Both the position numbers and the translations under genes were made by a program. The notes below the pieces were generated by a model. It searched no databases and was not told where the DNA came from. It saw nothing but the letters and a program-made list of their open reading frames with translations. Below, one piece after another: positions 26,764 to 37,057 of a DNA stretch of 64,000 nucleotides (positions within the stretch are counted from its first letter, which is position 1; the number at the start of each line of letters is the position of its first letter). The stretch is taken from contig JBAYHH010000003.1 in NCBI GenBank assembly GCA_041666265.1, forward strand, positions 2,020 through 66,019. The letters run 5' to 3'. The DNA is from Candidatus Magasanikiibacteriota bacterium (GTDB taxonomy: Bacteria; Patescibacteriota; Patescibacteriia; Magasanikbacterales; GWA2-37-8).

Positions 26764-27636
26764 ATGTCAAAAAGGAATATAAAAAAAATATTAATTTGCG
26801 GCAAAGGTCAGCTCGGTCAAGAGTTGTATAATTTTTTGCGATTAAAATATGATGTAGAAATTGTGGATCAGAGCAAATTGGATATCACCGATAAAGAAAA
26901 GGTTTCTAAGTTTATCAATAAAAGTTTGCCCCATTGCATCATAAACGCTGCTGCTTATACTCAAGTTGAGCGAGCGGAACAGGAGGTAGAAGAGGCTTTC
27001 CGAGTGAATGCTTACGGTCCTTATTATTTAGCCGTCGTCGCCAAAAATGTTGGCGCGATCCTTATTCATATTAGTTCAGATTATGTATTTGATGGAACTA
27101 AAAAGTTCTTTGTGGAAACAGATGCACCCAACCCCTTAAATATTTACGGAGCATCCAAGTTGCTTGGGGAAATATTGGTTCAGATTGCCTATCCTAATTA
27201 TTATATTTTTCGCACTAGCGCCATTTTTGGTCGGTATACCAGCCAAAGTCGGACTAATTTCGTCGATCGGATAATTGGTTTGGCCCGAGGTGGCAGGGCT
27301 ATCAAAGCTGTCACCGATCAATTTACATCACCAACCTATGCCACCGATTTGGCAGTTAAAATTTCAGAATTTATTAAAAAACAGCCCCCCAGTGGCATTT
27401 ATCATATTACCAATAGCGGATCTTGTTCGTGGTATGACTTCGCTGTTAAAATATTAAGTACCATGAATTTGACCACAAAAGTTAAACCAACAAAGACCGC
27501 AAAAGTTTTAGGTCCGATATCTCGTCCATGTTATAGTATTTTACATAGTCAGTTATTAAAAAACAGCGGATTTGATACCTTGCCTTCTTGGCAAAATGCT
27601 CTCAAAAGATATTGCCGGGAAAAATATAATATTTAA
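26764..27636 (+). CDS. rfbD: dTDP-4-dehydrorhamnose reductase family
   Basis: GQLG, NAAAYT.V..AE, ISSDYVFDG, YGASKL.GE, DQ..SPT. Confidence 0.9.
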   Translation: MSKRNIKKILICGKGQLGQELYNFLRLKYDVEIVDQSKLDITDKEKVSKFINKSLPHCIINAAAYTQVERAEQEVEEAFRVNAYGPYYLAVVAKNVGAILIHISSDYVFDGTKKFFVETDAPNPLNIYGASKLLGEILVQIAYPNYYIFRTSAIFGRYTSQSRTNFVDRIIGLARGGRAIKAVTDQFTSPTYATDLAVKISEFIKKQPPSGIYHITNSGSCSWYDFAVKILSTMNLTTKVKPTKTAKVLGPISRPCYSILHSQLLKNSGFDTLPSWQNALKRYCREKYNI

Positions 27637-27663
27637 CATTATTTTAAGTATAACTATCAATCT

Positions 27664-28452
27664 ATGAAGACTATTATTCTGTGTGGGGGAACAGGCACTC
27701 GCATGAAAGAGGAGACAGAATTCAAACCTAAACCACTTGTTGAAGTTGGGGGCAAGCCAATTCTTTGGCATATCATGAAGATATATGCTCACTATGGTTT
27801 TAATGATTTTATTCTAGCTCTTGGATACAAGAGCAATATGATCAAAGATTACTTTCTTAACTGGCGTGCTTTTGTAAATGATTTTTCCTTAAATACCAAG
27901 ACCGGCGAAATGATTTTTCACAATAATGATTGTGATGATTTTAAGATTACTTTCGCGGAAACCGGTCTTACTAGTCTTACCGGCGAGCGGGTGCGTCGAT
28001 TGAAAAATTATATTACCGACGATCATTTTATGGTAACTTATGGTGACGGTGTAAGCGATATAGACATTTCTGAATTAATAAATTTTCATAAAAATCAAAA
28101 GACATTGGCCACTATCACTGGTGTGCGTCCCGGCAATCGTTTTGGTTTTTTGAATATTGATCACGAAGCCAAAAAAGCAGTTGATTTTTTTCAGCACAAA
28201 GTGACCAATACCGGCAAAGAAGAATCTTCCAAAGATTATATTAATGGTGGTTTCATGGTATTTGACAAAGAGGTGTTAGATATGATTGCAGAGGACAGCA
28301 TGATCGAATCAGTTTTTCCTGTTTTGGCGGAGCAAGGGCAACTCTCGGTTTATTTGCATTCGGGAAAATGGAAGTGCATGGATACTCATAAAGAAGTGGA
28401 AGAGATGAATGAGCATTGGACCAAAGATCCTTTTTGGAAAATTTGGAAATAA
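27664..28452 (+). CDS. rfbF: glucose-1-phosphate cytidylyltransferase
   Basis: ILCGG.GTR..EET..KPKP.VE.GGKPILWHIMK, TYGDGV, INGGF, CMDT. Confidence 0.93.
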   Translation: MKTIILCGGTGTRMKEETEFKPKPLVEVGGKPILWHIMKIYAHYGFNDFILALGYKSNMIKDYFLNWRAFVNDFSLNTKTGEMIFHNNDCDDFKITFAETGLTSLTGERVRRLKNYITDDHFMVTYGDGVSDIDISELINFHKNQKTLATITGVRPGNRFGFLNIDHEAKKAVDFFQHKVTNTGKEESSKDYINGGFMVFDKEVLDMIAEDSMIESVFPVLAEQGQLSVYLHSGKWKCMDTHKEVEEMNEHWTKDPFWKIWK

Positions 28453-28456
28453 TTTT

Positions 28457-29530
28457 ATGAAAAATTTTTATAACAATAAAAAAGTATTGATCACTGGGCA
28501 TACTGGGTTTAAAGGATCGTGGCTTACCCAGATGCTCATTAATTGGGGGGCAAAAATAATCGGAGTTTCTCTACCGCCCAATACTACCCCCAATCTCTTT
28601 GATTCTTTGGGGTTGAAATCAAAACTATATAAAAATTATTTTGAGGATATTCGTGATTATAATAAAATGAAGGAAATCTTTGAGCACGAAAAACCGGAAA
28701 TAGTTTTTCATTTAGCCGCTCAGCCATTGGTTCGTGACAGTTATGATGATCCTTTGACCACTCATTCCTCAAATATTATGGGTACGGCTAATATTTTACA
28801 GGCAATCAAAGAAGTTGGTGGAGTAAAATCAGCTGTAATTATTACTACTGATAAAGTTTACGAAAACAAGGAATGTCTTTATCCATATCGCGAAACAGAT
28901 GCTTTGGGCGGCTACGATCCTTATAGTGCCAGCAAAGCCGCCGCCGATATCGTGGTTAATTCTTATATTCAATCATTTTTCAATCCCAAAGATTTTGGCT
29001 TGGGACATAATACCTTGATAGCCATTGCCAGAGCTGGCAATGTCATTGGCGGCGGTGATTGGGCTAAAGATAGGTTGGTGCCCAATATGGTCAGGGCAAT
29101 TTTTGAATATGATGAGTCGGTAACGATTAGAAATCCACAAGCTGTCCGGCCGTGGCAACATGTTCTTGAACCACTGGTTGGCTATCTAATGCTTGGTCAG
29201 CGTCTTTACAATGGCGACAGAGAGATGTCTGGAGCATGGAATTTTGGACCACACGAAGAAGGCGTTGTGTGTGTCGAAGAATTAGTCCAGAAGGGTATCG
29301 GAGTGTTGGGAAAGGGCAGTCATAAGGTGATCAAAGATTACTCCAAACATGAAGCCGGATTATTAAAATTAGATATTAGCAAAGCAGTTAATATTTTGGG
29401 TTGGCGTCCTAAGTGGAACTTTCATGATGGCCTTAGGATTACTTTTGAATGGTATGATCAATATTATCGTGATCCTCAAAATATTGAAGAATTGACTAAT
29501 CAGCAAATAAGATTTTATCTCGGTGATTAA
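28457..29530 (+). CDS. rfbG: CDP-glucose 4,6-dehydratase
   Basis: TGHTGFKGSWL, AAQPLVR.SY, TTDKVY, DPYSASK, RAGNVIGGGDW, RPWQHVLEPL. Confidence 0.95.
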   Translation: MKNFYNNKKVLITGHTGFKGSWLTQMLINWGAKIIGVSLPPNTTPNLFDSLGLKSKLYKNYFEDIRDYNKMKEIFEHEKPEIVFHLAAQPLVRDSYDDPLTTHSSNIMGTANILQAIKEVGGVKSAVIITTDKVYENKECLYPYRETDALGGYDPYSASKAAADIVVNSYIQSFFNPKDFGLGHNTLIAIARAGNVIGGGDWAKDRLVPNMVRAIFEYDESVTIRNPQAVRPWQHVLEPLVGYLMLGQRLYNGDREMSGAWNFGPHEEGVVCVEELVQKGIGVLGKGSHKVIKDYSKHEAGLLKLDISKAVNILGWRPKWNFHDGLRITFEWYDQYYRDPQNIEELTNQQIRFYLGD

Positions 29531-29559
29531 AATTATAGAGCGATAGACTTTTGATGTGT

Positions 29560-30423
29560 ATGAGTAAAATTAAAGTCGGTATAATCGGCACTGGCAATAT
29601 TGGAACGGATCTTCTTTGTAAAATACAGAGATCCGATATTTTGGAATGCAGTATTTTTGCGGGGCGCGATCCTGAATCAAACGGAATAAAAAGGGCGGAA
29701 AATATGGGGATCAAAACTTCTTTTGACTCTATTCATGCTATTGAAGATGACCCATCTATATGCGAAGTTGTTTTCGATGCTACTTCTGCCAGAGCACACA
29801 TAGAACATGCGCGTATATTAAAAAAATTAGGTAAGTTTGTGATAGATATTACACCATCGCGAATAGGTAAGATGTGCATTCCGGCTATAAATATTGATCA
29901 GGCGTTGCAAAGTGACAATGTTAACATGGTAACATGTGGCGGGCAAGCATCAGTACCGATTGCCAAAGCTATCATGGAAATACATCCGGAAACGGAGTAT
30001 ATTGAAGTGGTGGCTAGCATTTCTTCCAAATCAGCTGGTTTGGGCACTAGGGCTAACATTGACGAATACACCCAAACCACTAAAGATGCGATCGAAATTT
30101 TTTCTGGCGTACCAAAAGCTAAGGCCATTATAATTTTGAATCCAGCCGAACCGCCAATTTTGATGAGCAATACCATATATTCTAAAATAAATAATCCCAA
30201 TTTAGAAAAAATAAAGAATAAAATATTGGAAGTTGAGGCGCAAATTCGTAAATATGTTCCTGGTTATAAAATATCACTCGGACCTGTTTACGAAAACGGG
30301 CGCCTCACCATTATGATAGAAGTAGTTGGAGTTGGGGATTATTTACCAGAATATTCGGGTAATTTAGATATAATAACTTGCGCCGCCGTACAGGTAGCAG
30401 AAGAATACGCTAAAAGAAAATAA
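29560..30423 (+). CDS. acetaldehyde dehydrogenase (acylating), DmpF/MhpF family
   Basis: IIGTGNIGTDL, FDATSA, NVNMVTCGGQA, GTRANIDE, GNLDII. Confidence 0.93.
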   Translation: MSKIKVGIIGTGNIGTDLLCKIQRSDILECSIFAGRDPESNGIKRAENMGIKTSFDSIHAIEDDPSICEVVFDATSARAHIEHARILKKLGKFVIDITPSRIGKMCIPAINIDQALQSDNVNMVTCGGQASVPIAKAIMEIHPETEYIEVVASISSKSAGLGTRANIDEYTQTTKDAIEIFSGVPKAKAIIILNPAEPPILMSNTIYSKINNPNLEKIKNKILEVEAQIRKYVPGYKISLGPVYENGRLTIMIEVVGVGDYLPEYSGNLDIITCAAVQVAEEYAKRK

Positions 30424-30425
30424 TT

Positions 30426-31469
30426 ATGAATAAAACTATTTTTTTCGATTCCACTTTACGCGATGGTTCTCACGCTGTCCGGCACCAGATTAGTACGGAA
30501 TCAATTAGTGATTATTGTAGAAAAGTAGATGGAGCAGGCCTGTATGTTGTTATAGTTGGTCATGGTAATGGTTTGGGGGCGTCTTCATTGCAGGTTGGTT
30601 TGTCTGCGCATTCGGACTCAGAAATGTTGTTGGCCGCTCGTCGAGAGTTGCACAAAACAAAGTTGGGAGTTTTTCTACTGCCAGGTTTCGGAACCATTAA
30701 AGATGATTTAGCCCCAGCCCTTGATATAGGGGTGGAAGTAGTTTGCGTGGCTTCGCATTGTACCGAAGCCGATACCACTAGACAGCACATCGAATATGTT
30801 AGTAATAGAGGAAAAGAGGCATACGGTGTATTAATGATGTACCATAGGTCCTCCAGAGAAAAACTGTTGGAAGAGGCTCAAAAGATGCAGGATTATGGCG
30901 CTCAGGGTGTGATATTAATGGATTCCGCCGGCGCTTCAACTCCAGAAATGGTTTCTTCCGTTATTGGTTATCTATCAGAAAATCTAAAAATTCCCGTAGG
31001 TTTTCACGCGCACAATAATTTAGGTATGGCAGTGGCAAATTCACTTTTGGCTATTGAATCAGGGGCGGGAATAATCGATGGAACTTTGCGCGGTTTTGGC
31101 GCTGGGGCAGGCAATTGTCAACTGGAGGTGTTGGTGGCTTTGATGAAAAAAATGGGCATGAAAATAGATGTTGATTTATATGAATTATTAGATGTGAGCG
31201 AAGAGGTGGTTTCTAAAATTATGACTCAACCGCAAGAGATAAGTTCCTTAAGTATAGTCAGCGGTTTAGCTGGTGTTTTTTCTGGCTTTACTCCTCATGT
31301 TAAAGATGCTGCCACCAGATTTAATGTTGATCCAAGGGATATCTTTTTGGAATTAGGTAAGTTAAAAGTAGTTGGAGGGCAAGAAGATGTTATTGTCAGA
31401 GTAGCGATGAATTTGGCCGAAAAACGAAAGAATAGTGACATTAGTTACCAAATAGAGTCTTTGTCTTAA
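30426..31469 (+). CDS. 4-hydroxy-2-oxovalerate aldolase, DmpG/MhpE family
   Basis: DSTLRDGSH, GHGNGLG.SS, HCTEAD, GFHAHNNL, GAGAGN, VGGQED. Confidence 0.93.
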   Translation: MNKTIFFDSTLRDGSHAVRHQISTESISDYCRKVDGAGLYVVIVGHGNGLGASSLQVGLSAHSDSEMLLAARRELHKTKLGVFLLPGFGTIKDDLAPALDIGVEVVCVASHCTEADTTRQHIEYVSNRGKEAYGVLMMYHRSSREKLLEEAQKMQDYGAQGVILMDSAGASTPEMVSSVIGYLSENLKIPVGFHAHNNLGMAVANSLLAIESGAGIIDGTLRGFGAGAGNCQLEVLVALMKKMGMKIDVDLYELLDVSEEVVSKIMTQPQEISSLSIVSGLAGVFSGFTPHVKDAATRFNVDPRDIFLELGKLKVVGGQEDVIVRVAMNLAEKRKNSDISYQIESLS

Positions 31470-31482
31470 CCTTGTAAATAAT

Positions 31483-33261
31483 ATGATGTTAGCAGATTAT
31501 ATTTTCAAGTTTCTATCCGAAAAAGGTGTTGACCAGGTCTTTATGGTAACTGGCGGCCAAGCCATGTTTTTAGACGATGCGGTATATAAAAATAAAAAAA
31601 TGAAATTTATTTGTACGCACCACGAACAGGCTGCTGGCATGTCGGCAGATGCTTATGGGCGTATAAAAAATAAACCGGCAGTAGCATTAGTAACGGCCGG
31701 GCCAGGCGCGGTTAATGTTATTACCGGTGTAGTCGGTGGCTGGGCGGATTCTGCGCCGATGATTATTTTGTCTGGTCAATCAAATTTATCTTATGTAGAG
31801 TATCAAGAAAAAACCGGCATCAGGCAATATGGCGTTCAAGGAATAAATATTAAGCCGATAGTTGGAAAGATTGTTAAATATTTTGTCACAGTGGATAACC
31901 CGGAAAATATTTTGTATTACCTTGAAAAAGCTTATTATTTGGCCACTAGTGGTCGTCCTGGTCCGGTTTGGATTGATGTTCCGATTGATATGCAAAGAGC
32001 TGTTGTTCCAGAAGGGCATCTAAGAGTTTTTGATGAATATGAAAAACTCAACTCAATCGATAAAGAGGATATTAGCAAAATTATTAATCTTTTGAGTAAA
32101 GCTAAACGGCCAGTTGTTTTGGCTGGACAAGGGGTCAGATTGTCGGGAGGAACGGATGAGTTTGATAAGTTTATTAAAAAAGCGAACATTCCGATTCTAA
32201 CATCAAGATTGGGTATTGATTTGATAAATAGCGACAATAAACTCTATGTTGGTCGCCCGGGTACTTATGGCGAGCGATCAGCCAACTTTGCTATTCAAAA
32301 CTCTGATTTAATGTTGATAATTGGTTGTAGGTTGGCTACGCCATTAGTTGGGCACGATGCAAAAGATTTTGGCCGAAATGCCAAAAAAATAGTGGTGGAT
32401 ATTGATCCAAAAGAACTTGATAAGCCGGGTTTGGCAATTGATATTAAAATCACGGCCGATGTCGGTATTTTTCTCAAAGAAATAAATAACGAGATTATTA
32501 ACTCTAATTTGCCTGATTATAGTCAGTGGATCGCACAGTGTAATCGTTGGAAGGAAAAATATCCGGTCGTGTTGTCTGAATACAAAGACGAGAAACCGGT
32601 CAATTCTTATTATTTTACCGACAAGCTTTCTCAAGCAGCTTCTAGCAAAGATTTGATTTTGGTTGACACCGGGTCCTGCTTTCATGTTGTCTGTCAGTCA
32701 TGGAAAATTAAAGAAGGTCAAAAATTTTTGACAACTGGCGGGCTTTCATCAATGGGCTATTGGGCGGCCAGCATTGGTGCTTGCGAGGCAAACAATCGAA
32801 TCAACACCGTAGTTATCACTGGGGATGGAAGTTTGCAGATGAATCTACAAGAATTAGCCACCATTAAACACAATAAATTACCAATTAAAATATTCATTTT
32901 TAATAATAATGGCTATTTATTGATCAGACACACTCAAAATAATTTTATGGAAGGCCGCTTGATAGGTGAAAGTCCCGATACGGGTGTTTGGTGCCCGGAT
33001 TCTTTGAAGATTGCCGAGGCCTACGGCATTCATGCGATTAGAATTGATTCGGTTGTAGGCATGGAAGAAAAAATAAAAGAGGTTTTAGAATATGACGGTC
33101 CGGTGGTTTGTGATGTAATGACCCCGCAGCTGCAATTATTAATTCCCAGGGTAGCTTCGGATAAAATGCCTGACGGCCGGTTGGTTTCTAGGCCCTACGA
33201 GGACATGTTTCCATTTTTAAGTAGAGAAGAATTACAAAGTAATTTAGTTAAAGATAATTAG
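31483..33261 (+). CDS. ThDP-dependent acetolactate-synthase-like carboligase (YerE-like)
   Basis: HHEQAA, TAGPG, GRPGPVWID.P, GDGS.QMN.QEL, NNNGY; VTGG.AMFL.D start typical of glycan-cluster members. Confidence 0.88.
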   Translation: MMLADYIFKFLSEKGVDQVFMVTGGQAMFLDDAVYKNKKMKFICTHHEQAAGMSADAYGRIKNKPAVALVTAGPGAVNVITGVVGGWADSAPMIILSGQSNLSYVEYQEKTGIRQYGVQGINIKPIVGKIVKYFVTVDNPENILYYLEKAYYLATSGRPGPVWIDVPIDMQRAVVPEGHLRVFDEYEKLNSIDKEDISKIINLLSKAKRPVVLAGQGVRLSGGTDEFDKFIKKANIPILTSRLGIDLINSDNKLYVGRPGTYGERSANFAIQNSDLMLIIGCRLATPLVGHDAKDFGRNAKKIVVDIDPKELDKPGLAIDIKITADVGIFLKEINNEIINSNLPDYSQWIAQCNRWKEKYPVVLSEYKDEKPVNSYYFTDKLSQAASSKDLILVDTGSCFHVVCQSWKIKEGQKFLTTGGLSSMGYWAASIGACEANNRINTVVITGDGSLQMNLQELATIKHNKLPIKIFIFNNNGYLLIRHTQNNFMEGRLIGESPDTGVWCPDSLKIAEAYGIHAIRIDSVVGMEEKIKEVLEYDGPVVCDVMTPQLQLLIPRVASDKMPDGRLVSRPYEDMFPFLSREELQSNLVKDN

Positions 33262-34431
33262 ATGTTGTTATACAGCGACAACTTAAAGGAATCGTCCACA
33301 TTGAGAATAAACTCAATCGCCAATCAGAAAAAAAATAATGGTGAAAAAGTATATAATTTTAGTGTTGGCGAACCGGTAATTGAAAATCACGCTCTCATCG
33401 TAGAAGGGGTTTGTAATGCTCTTAAAAGAAATCGTACTCAATATCCGCCTGTTGCCGGCATAAATGAACTTTTGAGATTATGCGCCGACTGGATGAATAC
33501 AAATTATAATTGTTCATATAATTCTCAAGAAACAATGGTAACCTGTGGGGGAAAATATGGAATATTTCTAGCCCTACAAGCATTATTGGATGTCGGCGAT
33601 GAAGTAGTAATTATTTCTCCTTATTGGGTTTCGTATCCCGAAATGATAAAAATTTTTCATGGCATTCCTCGGGTTTACACAACCAAAGAAGAATCTGATT
33701 GGCGGGTGGATGCTATGGAATTACAAAAACTTATTAACAAAAAAACAAAAGCAATTATTATCAATAACGCCTCTAATCCTACCGGACATATTTTTTCCAA
33801 ACAAGAATTGGTTGATATTCTTGAAATGGCACATGATCAAAGTATTTTCGTAATTTCCGACGAGGTTTATAGTGGTTTGGTTTATGAATATAATCAATTT
33901 ATATCGGCCGGAAGTTTTGCTGAGTTTAAAGATAAGGTAATTATAATTCAAAGTTGTTCGAAAAATTTTGGCATGACCGGTTGGAGGGTAGGTATGATAT
34001 TTGGGCCGCAGGAAATTGTTAAGTGTCTGGCAGTCATTCAGAGCCAGAGCATAACCAATACTTCCATAGTAAGCCAGTGGGCGGCAATTACAGCTATTCA
34101 GAATGCTGATACAATTACTGGCGAGGTTAGAAAAATAGTACAAGGTAGAAGAGATGTTTTTGTTAGAGTGTTTAATGAATTATTTTCCGAAAAAATCAAA
34201 GCGCCTCAATCTTCCCTGTATTGTTTTGTGTCATTGAAAAAAATGGGAGTTTTCGGAAAAAATGCGGATGAGTTTTCTGCAGATTTAATTGAACAAGCGA
34301 ATATTGCCTTGACATCTGGTGGTGGCTTTGGTGACGATAATTATGTAAGATTTTCTTTCGGTATTAGTGAGGCGGAAATTATTGATGGTTTGCGGGTTCT
34401 AAAAAATTTTACGGAAAATAAAAAATTTTGA
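33262..34431 (+). CDS. PLP-dependent aminotransferase, class I/II
   Basis: PYWVSY, SNPTG, SDEVY, SKNFGMTGWRVG. Confidence 0.9.
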   Translation: MLLYSDNLKESSTLRINSIANQKKNNGEKVYNFSVGEPVIENHALIVEGVCNALKRNRTQYPPVAGINELLRLCADWMNTNYNCSYNSQETMVTCGGKYGIFLALQALLDVGDEVVIISPYWVSYPEMIKIFHGIPRVYTTKEESDWRVDAMELQKLINKKTKAIIINNASNPTGHIFSKQELVDILEMAHDQSIFVISDEVYSGLVYEYNQFISAGSFAEFKDKVIIIQSCSKNFGMTGWRVGMIFGPQEIVKCLAVIQSQSITNTSIVSQWAAITAIQNADTITGEVRKIVQGRRDVFVRVFNELFSEKIKAPQSSLYCFVSLKKMGVFGKNADEFSADLIEQANIALTSGGGFGDDNYVRFSFGISEAEIIDGLRVLKNFTENKKF

Positions 34432-34433
34432 TT

Positions 34434-35246
34434 ATGACTGCCACAGAATTGAAGCGAATTGCTTCAAAAATAAGAATTAATATTTTAAATTTAATTTACA
34501 AAACGAAAAGTTCGCATATCGGATCTTGTTTTTGTATTGTTGATATTCTCGCTGTTTTATATTTTAAAATAATGAATATCAATCCACAGAACATTAAAGA
34601 TGAGAATCGAGATATTTTTATTTTAAGCAAGGGGCACGCGGTAGTGGCTTTATATATTGTTTTGGCCGAAGCCGGTTTTTATGATTTTTCTGTTTTGGAT
34701 AAGTATGCTACTGATGGGTCAAAGTTGGCTGGCCATGTTATTAAAAATAGCCTCCCTGGCATCGAGGTATCGTCTGGGTCTTTGGGGCACGGCCTGTCTA
34801 TGGCTGTGGGCATGGCTTTAGCCGCTAAACTTGATAATAAAAGCAGAAAGATTTTTTGTTTGATGGGGGATGGCGAATGTAATGAAGGTTCGGTGTGGGA
34901 AGCAACTATGTTTGCCGCTCAACACAAGCTCAGCAATCTATATATCATTGTTGACTATAATAATCAACAAGGTATGGGCGAAGCAGATAAGATAATATCT
35001 CAGAATAATCTCGCTGAGAGATTTAGATCTTTTGGTTGCAACTCTATCGATGTTGATGGACATGATATTGGTGCCTTGCTGGGCGCTTTTGGCGGCAAAG
35101 TTGATACTAGGCCAGTGGTTATTGCAGCCAAAACAATAAAAGGAAAAGGCGTAAGTTTTATGGAGAATAATGTTGATTTTCACTATAAAAGCCCAACCGA
35201 TGAGCAGCATGCCTTGGCTTTAAAAGAACTAACAGAATCAGTATGA
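34434..35246 (+). CDS. transketolase, N-terminal subunit
   Basis: SHIG, LSKGH, GSLGHGL, GDGECNEGSVWE, KGKG. Confidence 0.92.
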   Translation: MTATELKRIASKIRINILNLIYKTKSSHIGSCFCIVDILAVLYFKIMNINPQNIKDENRDIFILSKGHAVVALYIVLAEAGFYDFSVLDKYATDGSKLAGHVIKNSLPGIEVSSGSLGHGLSMAVGMALAAKLDNKSRKIFCLMGDGECNEGSVWEATMFAAQHKLSNLYIIVDYNNQQGMGEADKIISQNNLAERFRSFGCNSIDVDGHDIGALLGAFGGKVDTRPVVIAAKTIKGKGVSFMENNVDFHYKSPTDEQHALALKELTESV

Positions 35247-36175
35247 GAAATTTAGTCATAAATTATATATTTGAAGAAGCTAAAAAGAATCCGAATATTA
35301 TTTTGATGACGGCTGATTTGGGTTATTCGGTGATGGAGAAGTTTATGCAGGAATTACCTAAACAATTTATCAACACCGGCATTGCCGAACAAAACATGAT
35401 CGGAGTTGCGGCCGGCCTAGCTCTAAGCGGTAAAAAAGTTTTCGTCTATACCATTGCTCCGTTCGCTACTATGAGATGTTTTGAACAGATTAGGGTTGAT
35501 GTGTGTTATCAGAATTTAGATGTAACAATAATAGGGGTGGGAGGGGGTTTGGCTTATGGTACTCTGGGTACCACTCATTACGCCTTAGAGGATTTAGCCA
35601 CCATGAGATCTTTGCCCAACATGAAAGTTATGTGTCCGGCCGATCCCAACGAAGCGGCGCTGGTTGTTAAAAAAGCCATGAAAATCGAAGGTCCGAGTTA
35701 TATTAGATTAAATCGTGGTGGTGAAAAAAATGTTATCGACGATATTGATTATTCTGGTATTGAAATAGTTAGCCCGATAAAAATAATTGAGAATAAGGGA
35801 AGTGTTGTTATTTTTTCCTGTGGCAACATTTTATCAGAAGCTTACAAGGCCGCTAATAATTTGGTTAAAAATAACAAACATGTTTCTCTTTTCAGCCTTC
35901 CGTTTCTAAAACCAGTTGATAAAGAGGCGGTGGTTAATATTTTAAAGGATTACAAAGCTATCTTTACGGTAGAGGAGCATAATATTATTGGTGGTTTAGG
36001 TTCGATAATAGCAGAAATGATTGCCGAAGAAAATTTAAATGTTAAATTGGTGAGGCTGGGCATCGAAGATAAATATTTTGATTTTATTGGCAAACAAGAT
36101 TACATGCGCGATCAAGCTGGTATATCTGCTCAAAAGATTGAACAAAAAATTATAAATAGCTTTTATGAAAGATAA
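35243..36175 (+). CDS. transketolase, C-terminal subunit
   Basis: TADLG, GIAEQNM, RCFEQIR, G.TH..ED, VEEH...GGLG. Confidence 0.92.
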   Translation: MRNLVINYIFEEAKKNPNIILMTADLGYSVMEKFMQELPKQFINTGIAEQNMIGVAAGLALSGKKVFVYTIAPFATMRCFEQIRVDVCYQNLDVTIIGVGGGLAYGTLGTTHYALEDLATMRSLPNMKVMCPADPNEAALVVKKAMKIEGPSYIRLNRGGEKNVIDDIDYSGIEIVSPIKIIENKGSVVIFSCGNILSEAYKAANNLVKNNKHVSLFSLPFLKPVDKEAVVNILKDYKAIFTVEEHNIIGGLGSIIAEMIAEENLNVKLVRLGIEDKYFDFIGKQDYMRDQAGISAQKIEQKIINSFYER

Positions 36176-37052
36176 AAAAAAGATATTTTTAACAGGCGGC
36201 GGAGGATTTGTTGGAAAAAATATTCTGGAACAACTTGGTGACAAATATGAATTTATTGCGCCCCGCAGTAGTGAGCTTGATTTGACCAATTCCGATAAAG
36301 TGTTTAGTTTTGTGCAATCTCTGCGACCAGATTTGGTAATACATGCGGCCAAAAAAGGCGGTTCCAGAAAAGATCCAAATTCTACTGATATTTGTTTTAA
36401 AGATTTGCAAATGTTTTTTAATATTGTTCGTAGTCGAAAATATTTTGGTAGGATGATAATGTTTGGTAGCGGAGCCGAGTACGACAAAAGATTTGATATC
36501 GCCGAAGTTAAAGAAGATTTTTTTGAAACTCGCATGCCGGTGGATCAGTACGGTTTTTATAAATATATCTGCGCCCAATATGCCGCCAGAGTTGATTTTA
36601 TCACCCACTTGCGTATTTTTGGGGTATTTGGCAAATATGAGGATTTCACCATTCGTTTTATCTCCAATAATATTTGTCGAGCACTATTTGGCCTACCTAT
36701 CTCCGTTAATCAGGATACTTTTTTTGAATATATTTTCGTAGATGATTTTATTAAGATCTTGGATTATTTTATTAATAATCCCAGTAAAGAAAAATTTTAC
36801 AACATCGGAAATGGTAGTAAATTATCATTATTGGATATTGGTAATAAAATATTAAAAAAATCGGGGAAAGATATTCCAATCCTGCTTAAAAAAACTGGGT
36901 TAAACAAGGAATACACTTGTAATATTGATCGTCTGAAAAATGAAATTCCCGACCTGTCTTTTATATCGATTGATGAAGCGATTGATAAATTATTTTTATA
37001 TTATTCCAAAAATATTAAAAATATTAAAAAAGAAGATATTTTATTTGATTAA
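36165..37052 (+). CDS. NAD-dependent NDP-sugar reductase/epimerase (YerF-like)
   Basis: TGGGGFVG, FGSGAEY, YGFYK. Confidence 0.8.
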   Translation: MKDKKKIFLTGGGGFVGKNILEQLGDKYEFIAPRSSELDLTNSDKVFSFVQSLRPDLVIHAAKKGGSRKDPNSTDICFKDLQMFFNIVRSRKYFGRMIMFGSGAEYDKRFDIAEVKEDFFETRMPVDQYGFYKYICAQYAARVDFITHLRIFGVFGKYEDFTIRFISNNICRALFGLPISVNQDTFFEYIFVDDFIKILDYFINNPSKEKFYNIGNGSKLSLLDIGNKILKKSGKDIPILLKKTGLNKEYTCNIDRLKNEIPDLSFISIDEAIDKLFLYYSKNIKNIKKEDILFD

Positions 37053-37057
37053 CTAAT

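Noticed and set aside
29560-31469. Aromatic meta-cleavage pathway
   Set aside because: No dioxygenase, hydrolase or hydratase genes; embedded among CDP-sugar genes.
31483-36175. Branched-chain amino acid synthesis or pentose-phosphate housekeeping genes
   Set aside because: No ilvN/ilvC/ilvD; context and short split transketolase fit glycan-cluster paralogs.
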